The notes under the pieces are model-generated. The model was not told the DNA's origin, made no database searches, and saw only the letters and a program-made list of their open reading frames with translations. Shown one piece after another: positions 35,801-47,777 of a DNA stretch of 64,000 nt (the stretch's first letter is position 1; each line of letters begins with the position of its first letter). The position numbers were made by a program, and so were the translations under genes. The DNA is taken from the NCBI RefSeq assembly GCF_052425735.1, contig NC_135769.1:31310001-31374000 (forward strand). Reading direction: 5' to 3'. Source of the stretch: Oculina patagonica. Its lineage: Eukaryota.

Positions 35801-38800
35801 TCACAAAAGGAGCTCTTTTTCTCCCTTCCCTAGCATGAGAGCTTGGTTGTGGTGAGTTATTGTGATCACACAGGGGCCTTCTTCCCAGGGCTCTCCGTCT
35901 ACTTGAACCGGGAGGGATCTGGTGTCCTTGAGAGTAAGCTGTAGAAAAAAAAACAGCAGTAAATCGGCTGAGAAAAAAGAAAAAAAGCGATGCATTGAAA
36001 TCACATGACCTGTAAGAGGGGCACAAAAGAGCTTACACCACTACAAAACAAGCTACCTAAGAAATTCTAAAGGCTTCCGTCCATAATTGGTGTTAACACC
36101 TCATCTTAAATAATTATAGTGTTTTTTTGTTTCCTGATTCCTGCTTGCTGTTGCAAAGGTCACCCATTTGAAACCTTTTGCCCCTAGATAAACATACTGA
36201 TCATTTCCACTTACTGATGTACCAATATTATAAGCTTGTAATAATGAGTGCAAAGGGTTACAGCTAAAAGCTCTCTGCGGGAATTGCAGGCCTATGTTAG
36301 CATTGCTGATTGTAATGCAAGTATGGAAAAAAGTTGTTGCTAGTGATTTTTCGCTCTTCTTTTCATCTGTTTGCTTGAAGAGCTTGACATTAAGATATTA
36401 AATTATATGTTGTTGTAGTCAAATTGGTCTAAAACCCAATGTAGCCTGGTAATGTATTAGTTTGAAATGAAAGCATGATATTGTAGTAGCAGATGCACTT
36501 ACTTTAATGGACCTTGCTTGGCCAAGTCGGAGAGGGTCAGCCATATTAACTTGTAGTCTTGCAATGTGAAGGGCTGAATAAAGCCCTGCTACTTCCAGTA
36601 CTCCATCATTAATACTATAAAAAAACAGAGAAGATGTTTAACACTACTAGTCTCCTGTACAGGCATAACACCTCAATCCTTTTGGCGGCACAAAGCTCTT
36701 CAGAAGGCTTAACATGATTGGCTAACAAAACAATAGACAAACAACAAGACAATGATCCTAGCACTGAAAACAATAGAGGTGTGTAACAACAGGGAGCAAA
36801 TGAAATTTCAGGTTCCGGAAAGCTTTGTGGCAACAGCGATCGTCACACAGTGCTACTCTCTGGACAGTGTTGCACGACAACCCATATTATAACTTCAGAA
36901 GAGAGCAGGAATTAGTACTGAATGTGGTAAAATGAGAGTCGGGTGGGTAGGTGGGTAGGTAGGTAGGTAGGTAGGTAGGTAGGTAGGTAGGTAGGTAGGT
37001 AGGTAGGTAGGTAGGTGTAGTGTTGAGCGGACGAACATGCATGGATTCTCTAGAGAGTGTGTGAGCCAATCGCGAGTATGTTATTGTTGTCCTTAGATAT
37101 AAGGCTCTCGATTATGTATTCAAAGTGTAGTGTGATCTAGTGTGTGAAATGGCCCTGTAACGGACGAGCAAATTAAATTTACTGTTTGTTTTCCATTGAG
37201 TTTCTGGTGATTCTACATTGGCGACAAGGAAAATTTGGAAATTTTGTCGAGGATTTCAATGAGTATTTGTCTCAGTGATGCCGGGAGGCGAGACAGGAAT
37301 GGCAAGCGGCAGTTCGAGCACTTCGGGAAGCACTCCTCTAATCGGTCGTTTTAGATGTCGGTTGTTTGAAGTCATTTAATCTAAAAGTAGAGGCACAGAA
37401 TTTAAACCAGCAATGGAAGAGGTGGAAAAGAACCTTTGATCTCTACGTGACGGGAAAAGGTGTTACGGAGGATGCACAGAAATGAGCTCTATTCTTACAT
37501 GTCGCAGGAATGGACCTGCAGGAAATTTATTTCACACTGGCCGGTGAAGAAGCGAGCGGTTTTGCAGCGACAGTCAAGGTACTTGATGATTATTTTGCTC
37601 CGAAAACGAACGTCCCTTTCGAAAGGCATTTGTTTAGACAAATCGCACAGGAAAGCGGAGAAACTGTTGATCATTTTGTGTGAAATGGCTCTGTAACGGA
37701 CAAGCAAATTAAATTTACTGTTTGTTTTCCATCAAGTTTCTGGTGATTCTACAGTAGGTCGGTAGGGGGGGTAGGTAGGTAGGTAGGTAGGGAATAACTT
37801 ATTTAAACACGGTAATTCCATTTAGGTACAGAATAAAAACCAAGGTTAAAAACACTAACTATACTTACTAAGAGAGGCTGACTACTAATAAAAACAAACA
37901 AACAAACAAACATAAACCTGCTTTACAAGGACGCCGTGTATTCAAAATTAAATTCAAAATGATGGGCAAGCTGACAAGCGTGCAAGAAAGCCACTTGACT
38001 TCACACACACCCTTGGGCATCATATCACCTTGCACGAAGTGATGTTCTTGCATGCTTGCATGCATGCTCACCCTTTCAAATAACCATGAGAACAATGAGG
38101 GACTGTTTAATGTTAAATGCGAGTAAACTGACCTTGGTGGTGAAGAATGTTCTTCATCGCCATCAACCCAAATTTCACAGCCTCCACACCAACTGTTAAT
38201 ATTAAGAATGACAATTCCTTCCAGCTCTGGTAAGTCTACTTTTCTTCCATCCATTTCCAGCTGAAGAAAAAAATTACATCCACTTTCATTTAAAAATTAT
38301 GTTGGTACCTTAATAGCAAATATACACTTTAAAGAACCCTAGTCAGCCACGCCTTTGTTTTTGTTTACATACAAGAGTTTCGGTATAATATTTTACGCAG
38401 AGCATGTCTAAACGGAAGAGATCACTGTGAAACTGTTAAAGGTAATTAACCAGTGATCCTGTAATACAACTTATACATGTCGCAACGCAATAAGATTTCG
38501 CTTCACCATACAGTTTTCATAATTTCGATGCCATGGAAAATGGCGGAGGTTGACTAAGGTCCTTTAAATTAATTAGAAAGTGAGAAACACAAAGCAACCT
38601 CGTTTCCAGGGTTTCTCTCTCCCCGCCACTTGGGGGGAAAGAAAGAGAGACTCTGGGAACGAGGTTAACACAAAGTACAATGTGTGGATCTAGCAAATTA
38701 AAACAGTTAACAGTTATTCAGTTCCAACAATTTGAATGACCAGAAGGTTGAAGTATTGCCTGGCAAAATGTACCAAACATTCATTTGGAATTCTTGCATT

Positions 38801-41800
38801 CTGCACAACAACTCCTTTAAGCAATATCTTACACCTATAAGCATCACCTGACATCCATAAGACAAGAACATTAAATAAAATATTTTTTTTTTTAAAAAAA
38901 CTGGGTTCTTTACCTCAACAAGTTCATGAAGATCTTTGCAGTCTTGTTCAAGCACATCTCTGGCACCATACAATCCATACACTGCCTGAAGTTAGACAAC
39001 AAAAATTAAACTTTATGAAAATTAAAATTTTTAATAATATTATAACTAACAAAAAATAGTGAGTGCTGTCAAAGCTGATAAGGTTCAACACTTTGAAATT
39101 TGAGACAGGATGCAGGGAAATGTTTGACAAATTTTGAGCACTTGTATGTACTTTTTTTAAAAAACATCCAAGCGGACAAACAAAATCTCAAACAAAATTT
39201 TGACAGTGGCCTTACAATTCGCAGTTTTACTACTTTCATCATGTTTTTGTTATTTCTGTTATTTACTTAGTCAGGTCTCCACCTAAATTCAGGCTTATGA
39301 CTGAATGAACACTCACATTAACACAAAGGGTGCGGTTGTTTGGTAATATTCTGGAATAAGAATTTATTCCGAAATTAATGCCAGCTATTCTGCAAATGGA
39401 AGCAGAAAAGCCGGAATGGAAATCCAAGTATTCCGGAATAGGAACAGTAACCAAACGAATGCTAAACTTGCACGAATTCTAATTATTCTTATTCCAGATT
39501 GAGCCCAAACGAACATACCCTAAGAAACAGTTCAAAGTGCAGCAGTTACCTTATTGATGATGCGGCTTGTAAACAAAGAAGGCTGACTTTCTCGATGAAG
39601 ATGAAAGTTTAGTACAACTTTGGCATCGCAGCCCACTGAAAAGTAATTATTCATCCAGAACACCTACAGAAATATACAGATTACAGTTTCTACAATGTTA
39701 CTTATTTTCGCGGGACTTAAATTTTGCGATTTTCGCGATTTTCTTATAGACCCGTGAAAATTTATTTCAAACGTTTTCTTTGGTATTTTTTATGTTAATT
39801 GCATATTTTTTGGCCAAATCACGAAATTAAGTTCCCGCGAAAATAAGTAACAATAAGAATGCACTGATTGTTTTATCTTGTTGATATTAAAAAAAATCAA
39901 ATTAATACTGGTTGTTAATGCTTTGGCCTTTGACAAAGTCTGTCCCTTATTTTGAGAGGCGGGCTGGTTCAAATAGGGGGAGAGTCAATGATTTTTATGC
40001 AAGGAAAAAGTAGGGGCACATAAATTTATGCATGCATATCAGGGTGTTTTAAGGGATTGGGTGAGGGGGGAGGGAAGGGTCAGCAAAAAAGGTGCTTCAA
40101 AAAAAGGGAGGGTCAGGAAAATTTGAACATGGCCTCCCTAATTTGCAACAGCCCCTTCCCCTCTCTAAATAATGACCAGTCCCATGTGGTAATCTTCCAG
40201 GGGAAGATGGCCCCACGGATGGTCACTTACATGTACTATACCAAAGGTTAACTCTATACAGAAATCTTGCACTGTACACAGTCTTAGTCTATCTTGAAAT
40301 TTCTCATAAATTTTAAATCTATCAGATATGCACAAGAACAGTCTTGAACCTGCAATTACCTTTTTACGTCTTCTGACATCAAAGTATCCCCTGCTACTCT
40401 CCACAGTTATTTTCCATCTGTGAGGAAAAAAAAACATCTGATCAGTCAGCTGGCTTCATGAGATATTAAATACAGAAGTATCATGATCTGTAAAAAAGGG
40501 TGAAGTCTGCATTTGAGCCCAGGGGGGGTACTTGCAGTATTCATGACGGGGGGTCCGACGGAGCTTCATATTGCGAACCCAAAAAAATACATGAGCCTGA
40601 AACTTTACACCCAAAAAAATACCTGGCAACAAAATTTTCTACCCCAAAAAATACAAAACCTAGCGCCTCGATACTAATTTATTCAATCAAACAGACTTTA
40701 AGTCCTAAAAAAATACATGACAGATCTCTTGACCCAAAAAAATACCGAGGGTGTACATTTTCAACCCAAAAAAATACGTCGGACCTCCCCGTCATGTATA
40801 CTGCAAGTAGCCCCCCTGGGCATTTGAGCCTAGCGGCCTATCAGACTGGAGTTTATCCCGGTTTCTGTACCATTGAGTGACTAGGAGTACCGGTATTTCT
40901 ACTCCCCCCTGGATGGGATTCTAGTCCATCGCGGGGTTACCTCCAGCATTAGTTCACCAGTACCCATTTATACACCTGGGTGGAGAGAGGTACTATGAGT
41001 CAGAGAAAAGTGTCTTGCCCAAGAACACAACACAGTGACCCCGGTCAGGGCTTGAACCTGGACCACTTGATCCAGAGTTCAGCACACTAACCACTAGGCC
41101 ACCATGTCACCTATATCATTTGTGATGGGAAACAAAATAATGTAAACAGCAAATGGTTTAATTTTGTATATGTTGCAGTTAATTTTTGATCTCAGTTAAT
41201 TTTTTATTTTAACTAGTTAGTTTTTTCTAACTAGTTGATTTTTTTTAACTAGTTAAATAATGGGGTTAGGGTTAGGGTATCATATATTTTAAAAAAGTAG
41301 TGGTTCATCCAACGTTTCCTACGTGGCACAGTGGATAAGGGGTTGGACAGCAAATCCAGAGGTTGAGAGTTCAAATCTAGTGCAGGTTAGTAAAAAAGAA
41401 AAATAAATAAATGATAGTACTTAGGGGAGAGGGATAGTAGCAGATAGTAGGGGAGGGTTAGTAAGGATGGGGGGGAGGGTATGAGATATCAAGGGGGGGG
41501 GGTGTTCTACTTTTTCTACTTATTAACCAAGAATAAAAAAAAACTAGTTAGAAAAAAACTAACTAGTTAAAATAAAAAATTAACTGAGATCAAAAATTAA
41601 CTGCAACATATATCAGTGTTTGCCAAAATTTGTCATTTAATGACAGGAACCCATTAGGAAATGAGGATGACTAACAATGGTGAGGATGTCCATGGATAAC
41701 AATAATGTACAAACTAAAAATGGGGAAGTCATGTTTAGCTCCAATATGCGTGAGATTTTGATTCATGTAATTTTTGGTTAAAAATGGATGTACTATCTTT

Positions 41801-44733
41801 ACCTGTCCAATGGAGTCACATTAGCTGTCATGATGGACGTCAGTATTTCATTAACATCTTCTTCACCAGTGTAACCACTGCCCCATCCAAGAACCCGTGC
41901 CAGGTCATTACCAGTGCCAAGTGGAAGAATGCCGATATATGGAGGCAACTGACAAATCAAATCCACCATTAGCTTTGTTTACAAGGGATGCACAACAGGT
42001 CAACTTAACATTATTTGAAAAGTTATAATGTATATGCACTTTATAAATTTCTTTTAATTGACATACATGTGTAACTTGAAGATTTTGCCTTATTACACGT
42101 AAGTGCCATGTACCGGTATTTCCTTATTTATGTTACAATAATTATGTCTTCATTCCTTGCTATTCTAGCAAGAAATTAGATGTCAATCAAGTATCAGAAA
42201 AGACCCCCAAGAGGACCAACACATAATTTGTATTTAAGCTACTCTGTAACTAAACTACAAACAATATTACAAACCTTTAACTTGACTTTGTCTAAGGCAC
42301 CAAGAACCCATCCGACGCTCCCATCACCTCCACATACCAAAATACGGGTCCTGTGGTTAGGAAGTAGCTTACAAAACTCCAGTGCAGATTCAGGGGGGAC
42401 TTCATGAATATCTACCACCTAAAGATAGAATTTATTTATCAGTTTAATTTACAAAATAAAGTTTACAGTTTTCCAAATAGTTTTACTATAATGAAGAAAG
42501 GACCTTGGTTTATTATAAAGTTTCACATGGATGTCTTCATTTTGACAAAATTTTGATACATGTCTCATTCAAAAGCTGATAGTTCTACACAAAAAATGTT
42601 AAGCAATAAAGAAAATGTCAGTTAAGATTTAGGGTCAGTAGAAACTGAGAGCATGCAGTCTAATAATTTTGTAACACAGTGGCTGTTCTATTTAACATAA
42701 ATCATTGATAAAAACTGATTTGCTTTACACATTTTAGTGATGAAACATGAAAGCTATGTGCAAACTCTGAAGGGCATCTTCCAAAGATATCTGCAGAACC
42801 AAAACCTAGCATAGTCTGGAACTGGTAAAGAAGCAAACGACAGCTATCATCTACCCAAGCAGCATAACGTATACATCTAGAGAGAACTTTGACATTAGCC
42901 AAATCTTCTCAAGATAATGTTCACTATTTGAGTGTTCACACAATTGTGAAAAAATATACATGGCTGTGGGAGGCAAGGTGTCCTAATGGTTAATGTGCTG
43001 GACTCCAGATCAAGTAGTCAGAGTTTGAATCCTCATTAGGGTCATTGTGTCAGATTTTTTCTTTGTCCCATGCTCATGTCATTGTTGAACAATTCATCTT
43101 CACAACCCTCCAAGTTTATTTTTTTGCTTAGTAGCCATTTGGCCACTGACTGCTCAAGTTTGGTCGCCAGTGGGGCTGTGCTCTAAGGGTGCCCGGGTGC
43201 CTCAGGCGACTAACTTTTGTCTTTGGGTGACCAGATAATCTTATTTCTTTCATATAAGCTTTATGCTGGGCACCCTGGATCTTATAGTTTGGAGCCTTTG
43301 GGCTCCTTGTAATTTTTCTTAGAGCACAGCCTTGTAGTCATTAAATTAAGCCACGCTTTCAATCCTTCTCCTTTATTTTAGTCGCCAGGCTGGCGACTTC
43401 AGTTCCAATTAAGTCGCCAGCTCCAAAATTTTAGTCGCCATGGCGACTAAAATGGTCTTAACTTGGAGGGTTGCTTCATTATTTATCGCCGAGTTACACA
43501 CTTGATGATTTCGACATTCTGATACCAGTAGGCAGGATGCGTGTCACATATCAACCCAGGAGTCTCTCCTAGCTCAGTTGGTTAGAGCGCCCAACTAGTA
43601 TCTGGGAGGCCATGGGTTTGATTCCCGTCAGGGACTCAGATTTTTTCTTTGCTCCATGCTCGTGTCGTTGTTGAACAATTCATGTTCCTTATTTATCACC
43701 GAGCTTAAAATTTACCATTTTCATTATTTACAAAGTCTGCCCATGTTTAGGCCTGGTTAAATAAAAGACCTCGTTGAAGGCCATTCCCTTTTATATCCAC
43801 ACCCCCCTATAGATGAGATTTTCTGAAGAGGTATTTTTTAAAGAATGTTGACAGGGCTAACCACACAGAAATGACTTTTCCTTCTTTAATCTTTCAAATA
43901 TTTCTGAAGGGGTTAGGGAAAATTTGGCTTTTTCTGAAGGGGTTTTGAAAAATCGGGTTATTTCTGAAAGGGGGGGGGGATATAAAATGGAATCACCCTA
44001 TTTAAGCCTGGATCAGTGTTAATAAACATGTTATTACCTGCACTGGGTTCAGAAGGCTCTTAAATGCCATTAATAATCTTTCTCCTTCATTGTCTCCACT
44101 CTTACGATTAGCAAACACAAGCAGTGGACTCCAGTTTTTGATTGGCGGTGCATTAACTTCACGGACCACAAATCTTTTTTTACTCCGCCAACTTTCCACA
44201 GTAAGACTTATGCAATGTGGAGGTAAAATCATGGTTCTATATTTTCCAAAATCACAAATATTTGATTTACTTCGAAGGCAATGATCATGCGTTTTATCCT
44301 GACACCAAACACACCTAAGATCGCATAATCTCGGCTCAGTACCGCAGTGAAAACCGCAGACGCTACATGTACTACAAAGAGGCAAGTTTCCTCGAACCCA
44401 TTGGTGATTCATGTAGTTTCTCTTAGAAAGAACAAGGACTTTGCAAGCAAATCTTTTCGTTGCCCCGTCGATACATTCTTCATGAACTGAAATCCCACAG
44501 TTTTCGCAGTATCCACCTCTCACTAGAGGACGTTCGCAGAAATTACAATACGTGGGCTTATCGAGGATTTCGGTCATAAACCACCGATGACCCTTGTGCG
44601 GGTCTCCGACACGTAAACCGCGCTTCCAAGTCAAACCCAAGAGTTTTGTTAGTACCCACGAGAGCAAAATAAACATTCCACAACACACCAGGACTTGGTA
44701 TACATCCCCTCGCCATTCCAAGATGTTTCCCAT
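35801..44733 (-). CDS. DGKE: Diacylglycerol kinase epsilon, 9 exons, 535 aa
   Basis: Exons (minus): 44733-44038, 42418-42275, 41948-41803, 40417-40360, 39663-39550, 38985-38914, 38260-38133, 36614-36503, 35938-35801. N-terminal hydrophobic segment, two C1 domains, [56 protein letters not shown]. No other domains, as expected for type III. Confidence 0.96.
36941..37015. repeat. (GGTA)n microsatellite (continues at 37754-37791)
   Basis: Direct reading; the array is split by the LTR element. Confidence 0.95.
37016..37753 (+). mobile_element. Internally deleted Ty3/gypsy LTR retrotransposon in DGKE intron 7
   Basis: 5' LTR 37016-37217 (TGTAG...CTACA); PBS TGGCGACAAGGA at 37219; gag remnant [41 protein letters not shown]...[17 protein letters not shown]; last 77 bp of the 3' LTR at 37677-37753; TSD GTAGG. 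Confidence 0.9.
40495..41108 (-). mobile_element. tRNA-derived SINE interrupted by a MITE
   Basis: Same family as 7061-7585; minus-strand GTGGCCTAGTGGTTAGTGTGCTG...GGTTCAAGCCC head. Confidence 0.7.
40518..40820. mobile_element. MITE, TIR CCCAGGGGGG(G)TACTTGCAGTAT, TSD CATTTGAG
   Basis: Flanking direct repeat CATTTGAG; CCCAAAAAAATAC subrepeats. Confidence 0.8.
41171..41608. mobile_element. TGT...ACA element with long TIRs and TATA flanks (Ginger-like, tentative)
   Basis: TATA|TGTTGCAGTTAATTTTTGATCTCAGTTAA ... TTAACTGAGATCAAAAATTAACTGCAACA|TATA; contains a short GGGTTA run. Confidence 0.65.
43103..43473. mobile_element. MITE, TIR CAACCCTCCAAG, 5-bp TSD CTTCA, with a nested element at about 43153-43332
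   Basis: CTTCA|CAACCCTCCAAG ... CTTGGAGGGTTG|CTTCA; the nested insert has GGCTGTGCTCTAAG/CTTAGAGCACAGCC ends. Confidence 0.85.
43490..43730 (+). mobile_element. Repeat with an internal tRNA-like module (SINE-like)
   Basis: Homologous to 17900-18043 and 60331-60560. Confidence 0.7.
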
Positions 44734-45063
44734 TGGCTCTGAACATATCCAAAGTGAGCTAAATGAGCAGTAATATCATACAGACAACACCTGCTTTGAC
44801 CGCCATGTTGGAAATTACCCAAGATGCCCTCCACCAACCCTTCACCTTCACTATGGATACAAACAGAGTAAGAACTGGGTACGAGATGTCGACCTTTGAC
44901 CGGCCAATGAAATTTTATTTGGGTACCGTAAATGCTCGAGAGGGGGGCGCTTATTCGAAGGGGAGCGCTTATTTCGTTTAGCAATTTTTGGCCTCAAAAT
45001 GACACTGTCTTTATTTCTAGTGAACCCAAAATGTAACATAACCATAATTAAAAAAAATCAATA

Positions 45064-46039
45064 CAGTCAACTCTCTCTCAACGGACACCTCTATAAGACG
45101 GACACCTCCATAAAAGACGGACACCTGGTGATGGTCCCTGCCGTTTTTTTTATCTACATTTCAGTGATTTTACTGTAACAAAACTCTCTGTAAGACGGAC
45201 ACCTCTCTAAGGCCCGGTTCAGACGCCGTACTTTTCATGAGCCGAACTCAATTCGAATTTGGACCGCCGACCCAAATTGACAAAATACTTTTTGGCCGTT
45301 CCGAGGCCGTTCCTAATACAGTTCCAATAATTGAGGTAAACTGCTGGCAAAATACATTATAATAATTTATGAATTAGGATCGGCACATGAAAAATACGGC
45401 GTCTGAATCAAAGCCGTTCCAAAGGCGTTCAACAGGCGAAATTCTCGGCCAAGCCAGGCGGGAAAAACGGGTGAGCCGTTCCAAATTGAAATAGCCGTTC
45501 TAACTTGATTCAGACGCCGATCTTTTCATGTACTTAATTCAAGGAATTAGTTTCGGCTCATGAAAAGATCAGCGTCTGAACCGGGCCTAAGACGGGGAAC
45601 GGACAAGTTGAAACCGCCAACGGACATGCACAAAAAGTTATTTTCTTTGTGGATAATACTTCAAAACTTGGTATCAACATATAGCATAGTAAGTCAGCGC
45701 CTTTAGAATACCAAACTTACCAAAAAGAAGCCGCTATAACATATTACTTCTCTGCTTAAGTATATGGCACCAAATTATAAGGTAGTTTTCTACTTACAGT
45801 ATTACCGTTTGTAACGAACAAACAAGTCGAATTTCTGATATTATTTTTGTTCCACGTTATAGGTTTTGCTAAAGTAAGGGACTTAAAACAGACGTGTATT
45901 CGTTGTGCATAGCTGTTTAGCTTAATCTTCTCAAAATGTCTGGTGTTACGTTACCTCGACTCTCTATAAGGCGGACACCTCTCTAAGACGGACAGTAAGG
46001 GTCGGTCCCGACGGTGTCCGTCTTAGAGAGAGTTGACTG
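45064..46039. mobile_element. Tc1/mariner-type non-autonomous element with a nested MITE
   Basis: CAGTCAACTCTCTCT ... AGAGAGAGTTGACTG; internal sequence is an inverted relative of 1373-2116. Confidence 0.8.
45211..45587. mobile_element. PIF/Harbinger-like MITE, TSD TAA (nested)
   Basis: TAA|GGCCCGGTTCAGACG ... CGTCTGAACCGGGCC|TAA. Confidence 0.85.
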
Positions 46040-46111
46040 AAGCAGTTATTATTTTGTGAAACTTGAAACGTTCTCAAGACGTTGTAGAGTTGCCCGTCAA
46101 AAATGACTATA

Positions 46112-46324
46112 GAGGGGGGCAAAGGGTTTATGCATGACGCGTGAAAAGGGCAAAAATTAGTCCGTGACGCGTGAAAATAGGGCAAAAATTAGACTGTGAT
46201 GCGTGAAAAATAGTAAGAAAAGAACCGTGATCCGTGAATTCTGCTGTTTCAAGTATACGTGACACGTGAATTTGGTTAAAACTTGTGCGTGAAACGGGAT
46301 CACGAACCCCCCTTTGGTACCTTG
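46112..46324. mobile_element. MITE, 6-bp TSD ACTATA (family of 13230-13440)
   Basis: GAGGGGGGCAAAGGG ... CCCTTTGGTACCTTG; GTGACGCGTGAAAA subrepeats. Confidence 0.7.
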
Positions 46325-46721
46325 ACTATATTGTACTTCAATAGAACATTTCTAACAACTGGCTGTTCCATCATGAAATGTTTGTACAAGAAAGGTAGGG
46401 CCGGGGTAAATCTTCAGTTGTTCTTCAATTGAAAACGAATAGTTCCATCAAGAGTCCATCAAGAAAATGAGAAGTAAACCTGTGCAACTTTGAAGAACAT
46501 TATTTTTCTTCTATTACGTGTGACACACGTCTTGTGTTTTGTACCAAGTACCGAACCTCGTTTTTTCGTGGGGGAGGGTGGGGGTGGGGATGGGGCGCTT
46601 ATTCAATATTTTTAGCCTTAGGAAGGGTGCTAATTCGTTGCGAGGTCAGCATTTATGGCAGTTTGCTTTATCAGCACCAACTTTTGTAGAACCAATTTAT
46701 CTAGCCTGCGTGGCAGGCGCC

Positions 46722-47315
46722 TAGGACTTTCCACAAGTTGCTCGGCAACTTTTTGGCAACTTTTCATGTTTCGAGCAACTTTTCCCCTTCGAGCAACTTT
46801 TTTCCTCTCGAGCAACTAGCTGCATTTTGAGAAATTTTCGGACCGAAGATCTCCAAAGATTATCCGAGTGTTGTTCAAAGGCGATACGAACGTTTCCGAA
46901 CATTTACGAAGCTTGACGAAGGTTTTCGAAAAACATCTGAAGACGTTTTAACTTTTGGCTCATTCTGATTTAAAACATTACAAAACTCGTCAGCAAACAT
47001 GACGTCACAGATATCTTCACGATTTTTCTCAGTTAAAGAAATCCTTGTTATTTAACAAATTTTCCCTTAATATGTTATTTAGATACTTCTTTTGCTGCAA
47101 AATTGCATAAAACTGCTTAGAAATCTTACCCTCAAAGGGAAATTAGCATATATTTGGAGAAATTCTCTTGATTAGATGCAGCGTCTTTGATTCTTTGGAG
47201 CAACTTTCGAGCAACTTTTATTATCAGGAGCAACTTTTTTGGATTTTTGGAGCAACTTTTTAAGAAATTACGGACAACTTTTTGGGAAATCTCGAGCAAC
47301 TTGTGGAAAGCCCTA
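46722..47315. mobile_element. hAT-like MITE, 8-bp TSD CAGG(C/A)GCC
   Basis: TAGGACTTTCCACAAGTTGCTCG ... CGAGCAACTTGTGGAAAGCCCTA; GAGCAACTTT subrepeats. Confidence 0.8.
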
Positions 47316-47777
47316 CAGGAGCCTGTGTATGTTTGGGCGCACATTTGGGAAATGCAACTGAACGCCTGACGCCCAGCACCTTCTCCCTCCTTACTAGAGC
47401 AGGAGTCAGAGAAAGAAAAGTGGCGGGGCAAAGTACCCCCAGTGAACTTAAAAACTTCAATTTTGGAATTTGGAATGAAATAAAACTCATTTTAGTAATT
47501 AACTAGGTAAAGGGTTATTTAACTCCCAGCAAATGAGAAAAATTGAATTTTCAAAGGAAAATCCATGTTTAGTTTGTACAGAGACAGCTTCAAGAAGCAC
47601 TCCCTTTCACCGAGAAGCACTCCTTTGTGGGACATAACATGAATGCACCATATGATAGATCTTGCTCATAAAGCGAGAGCCAATTCAAGCAGTTCTCCAG
47701 AGGAGAACATCACTAAACTGTAAATAAAAGGATACAATGATAACATTTCTATATTTTTATTGATTTCCTTCTGTTGC

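Noticed and set aside
40500-40880. 126-aa ORF with PKKY/PKKI repeats
   Set aside because: Translation of CCCAAAAAAATAC subrepeats within a MITE.
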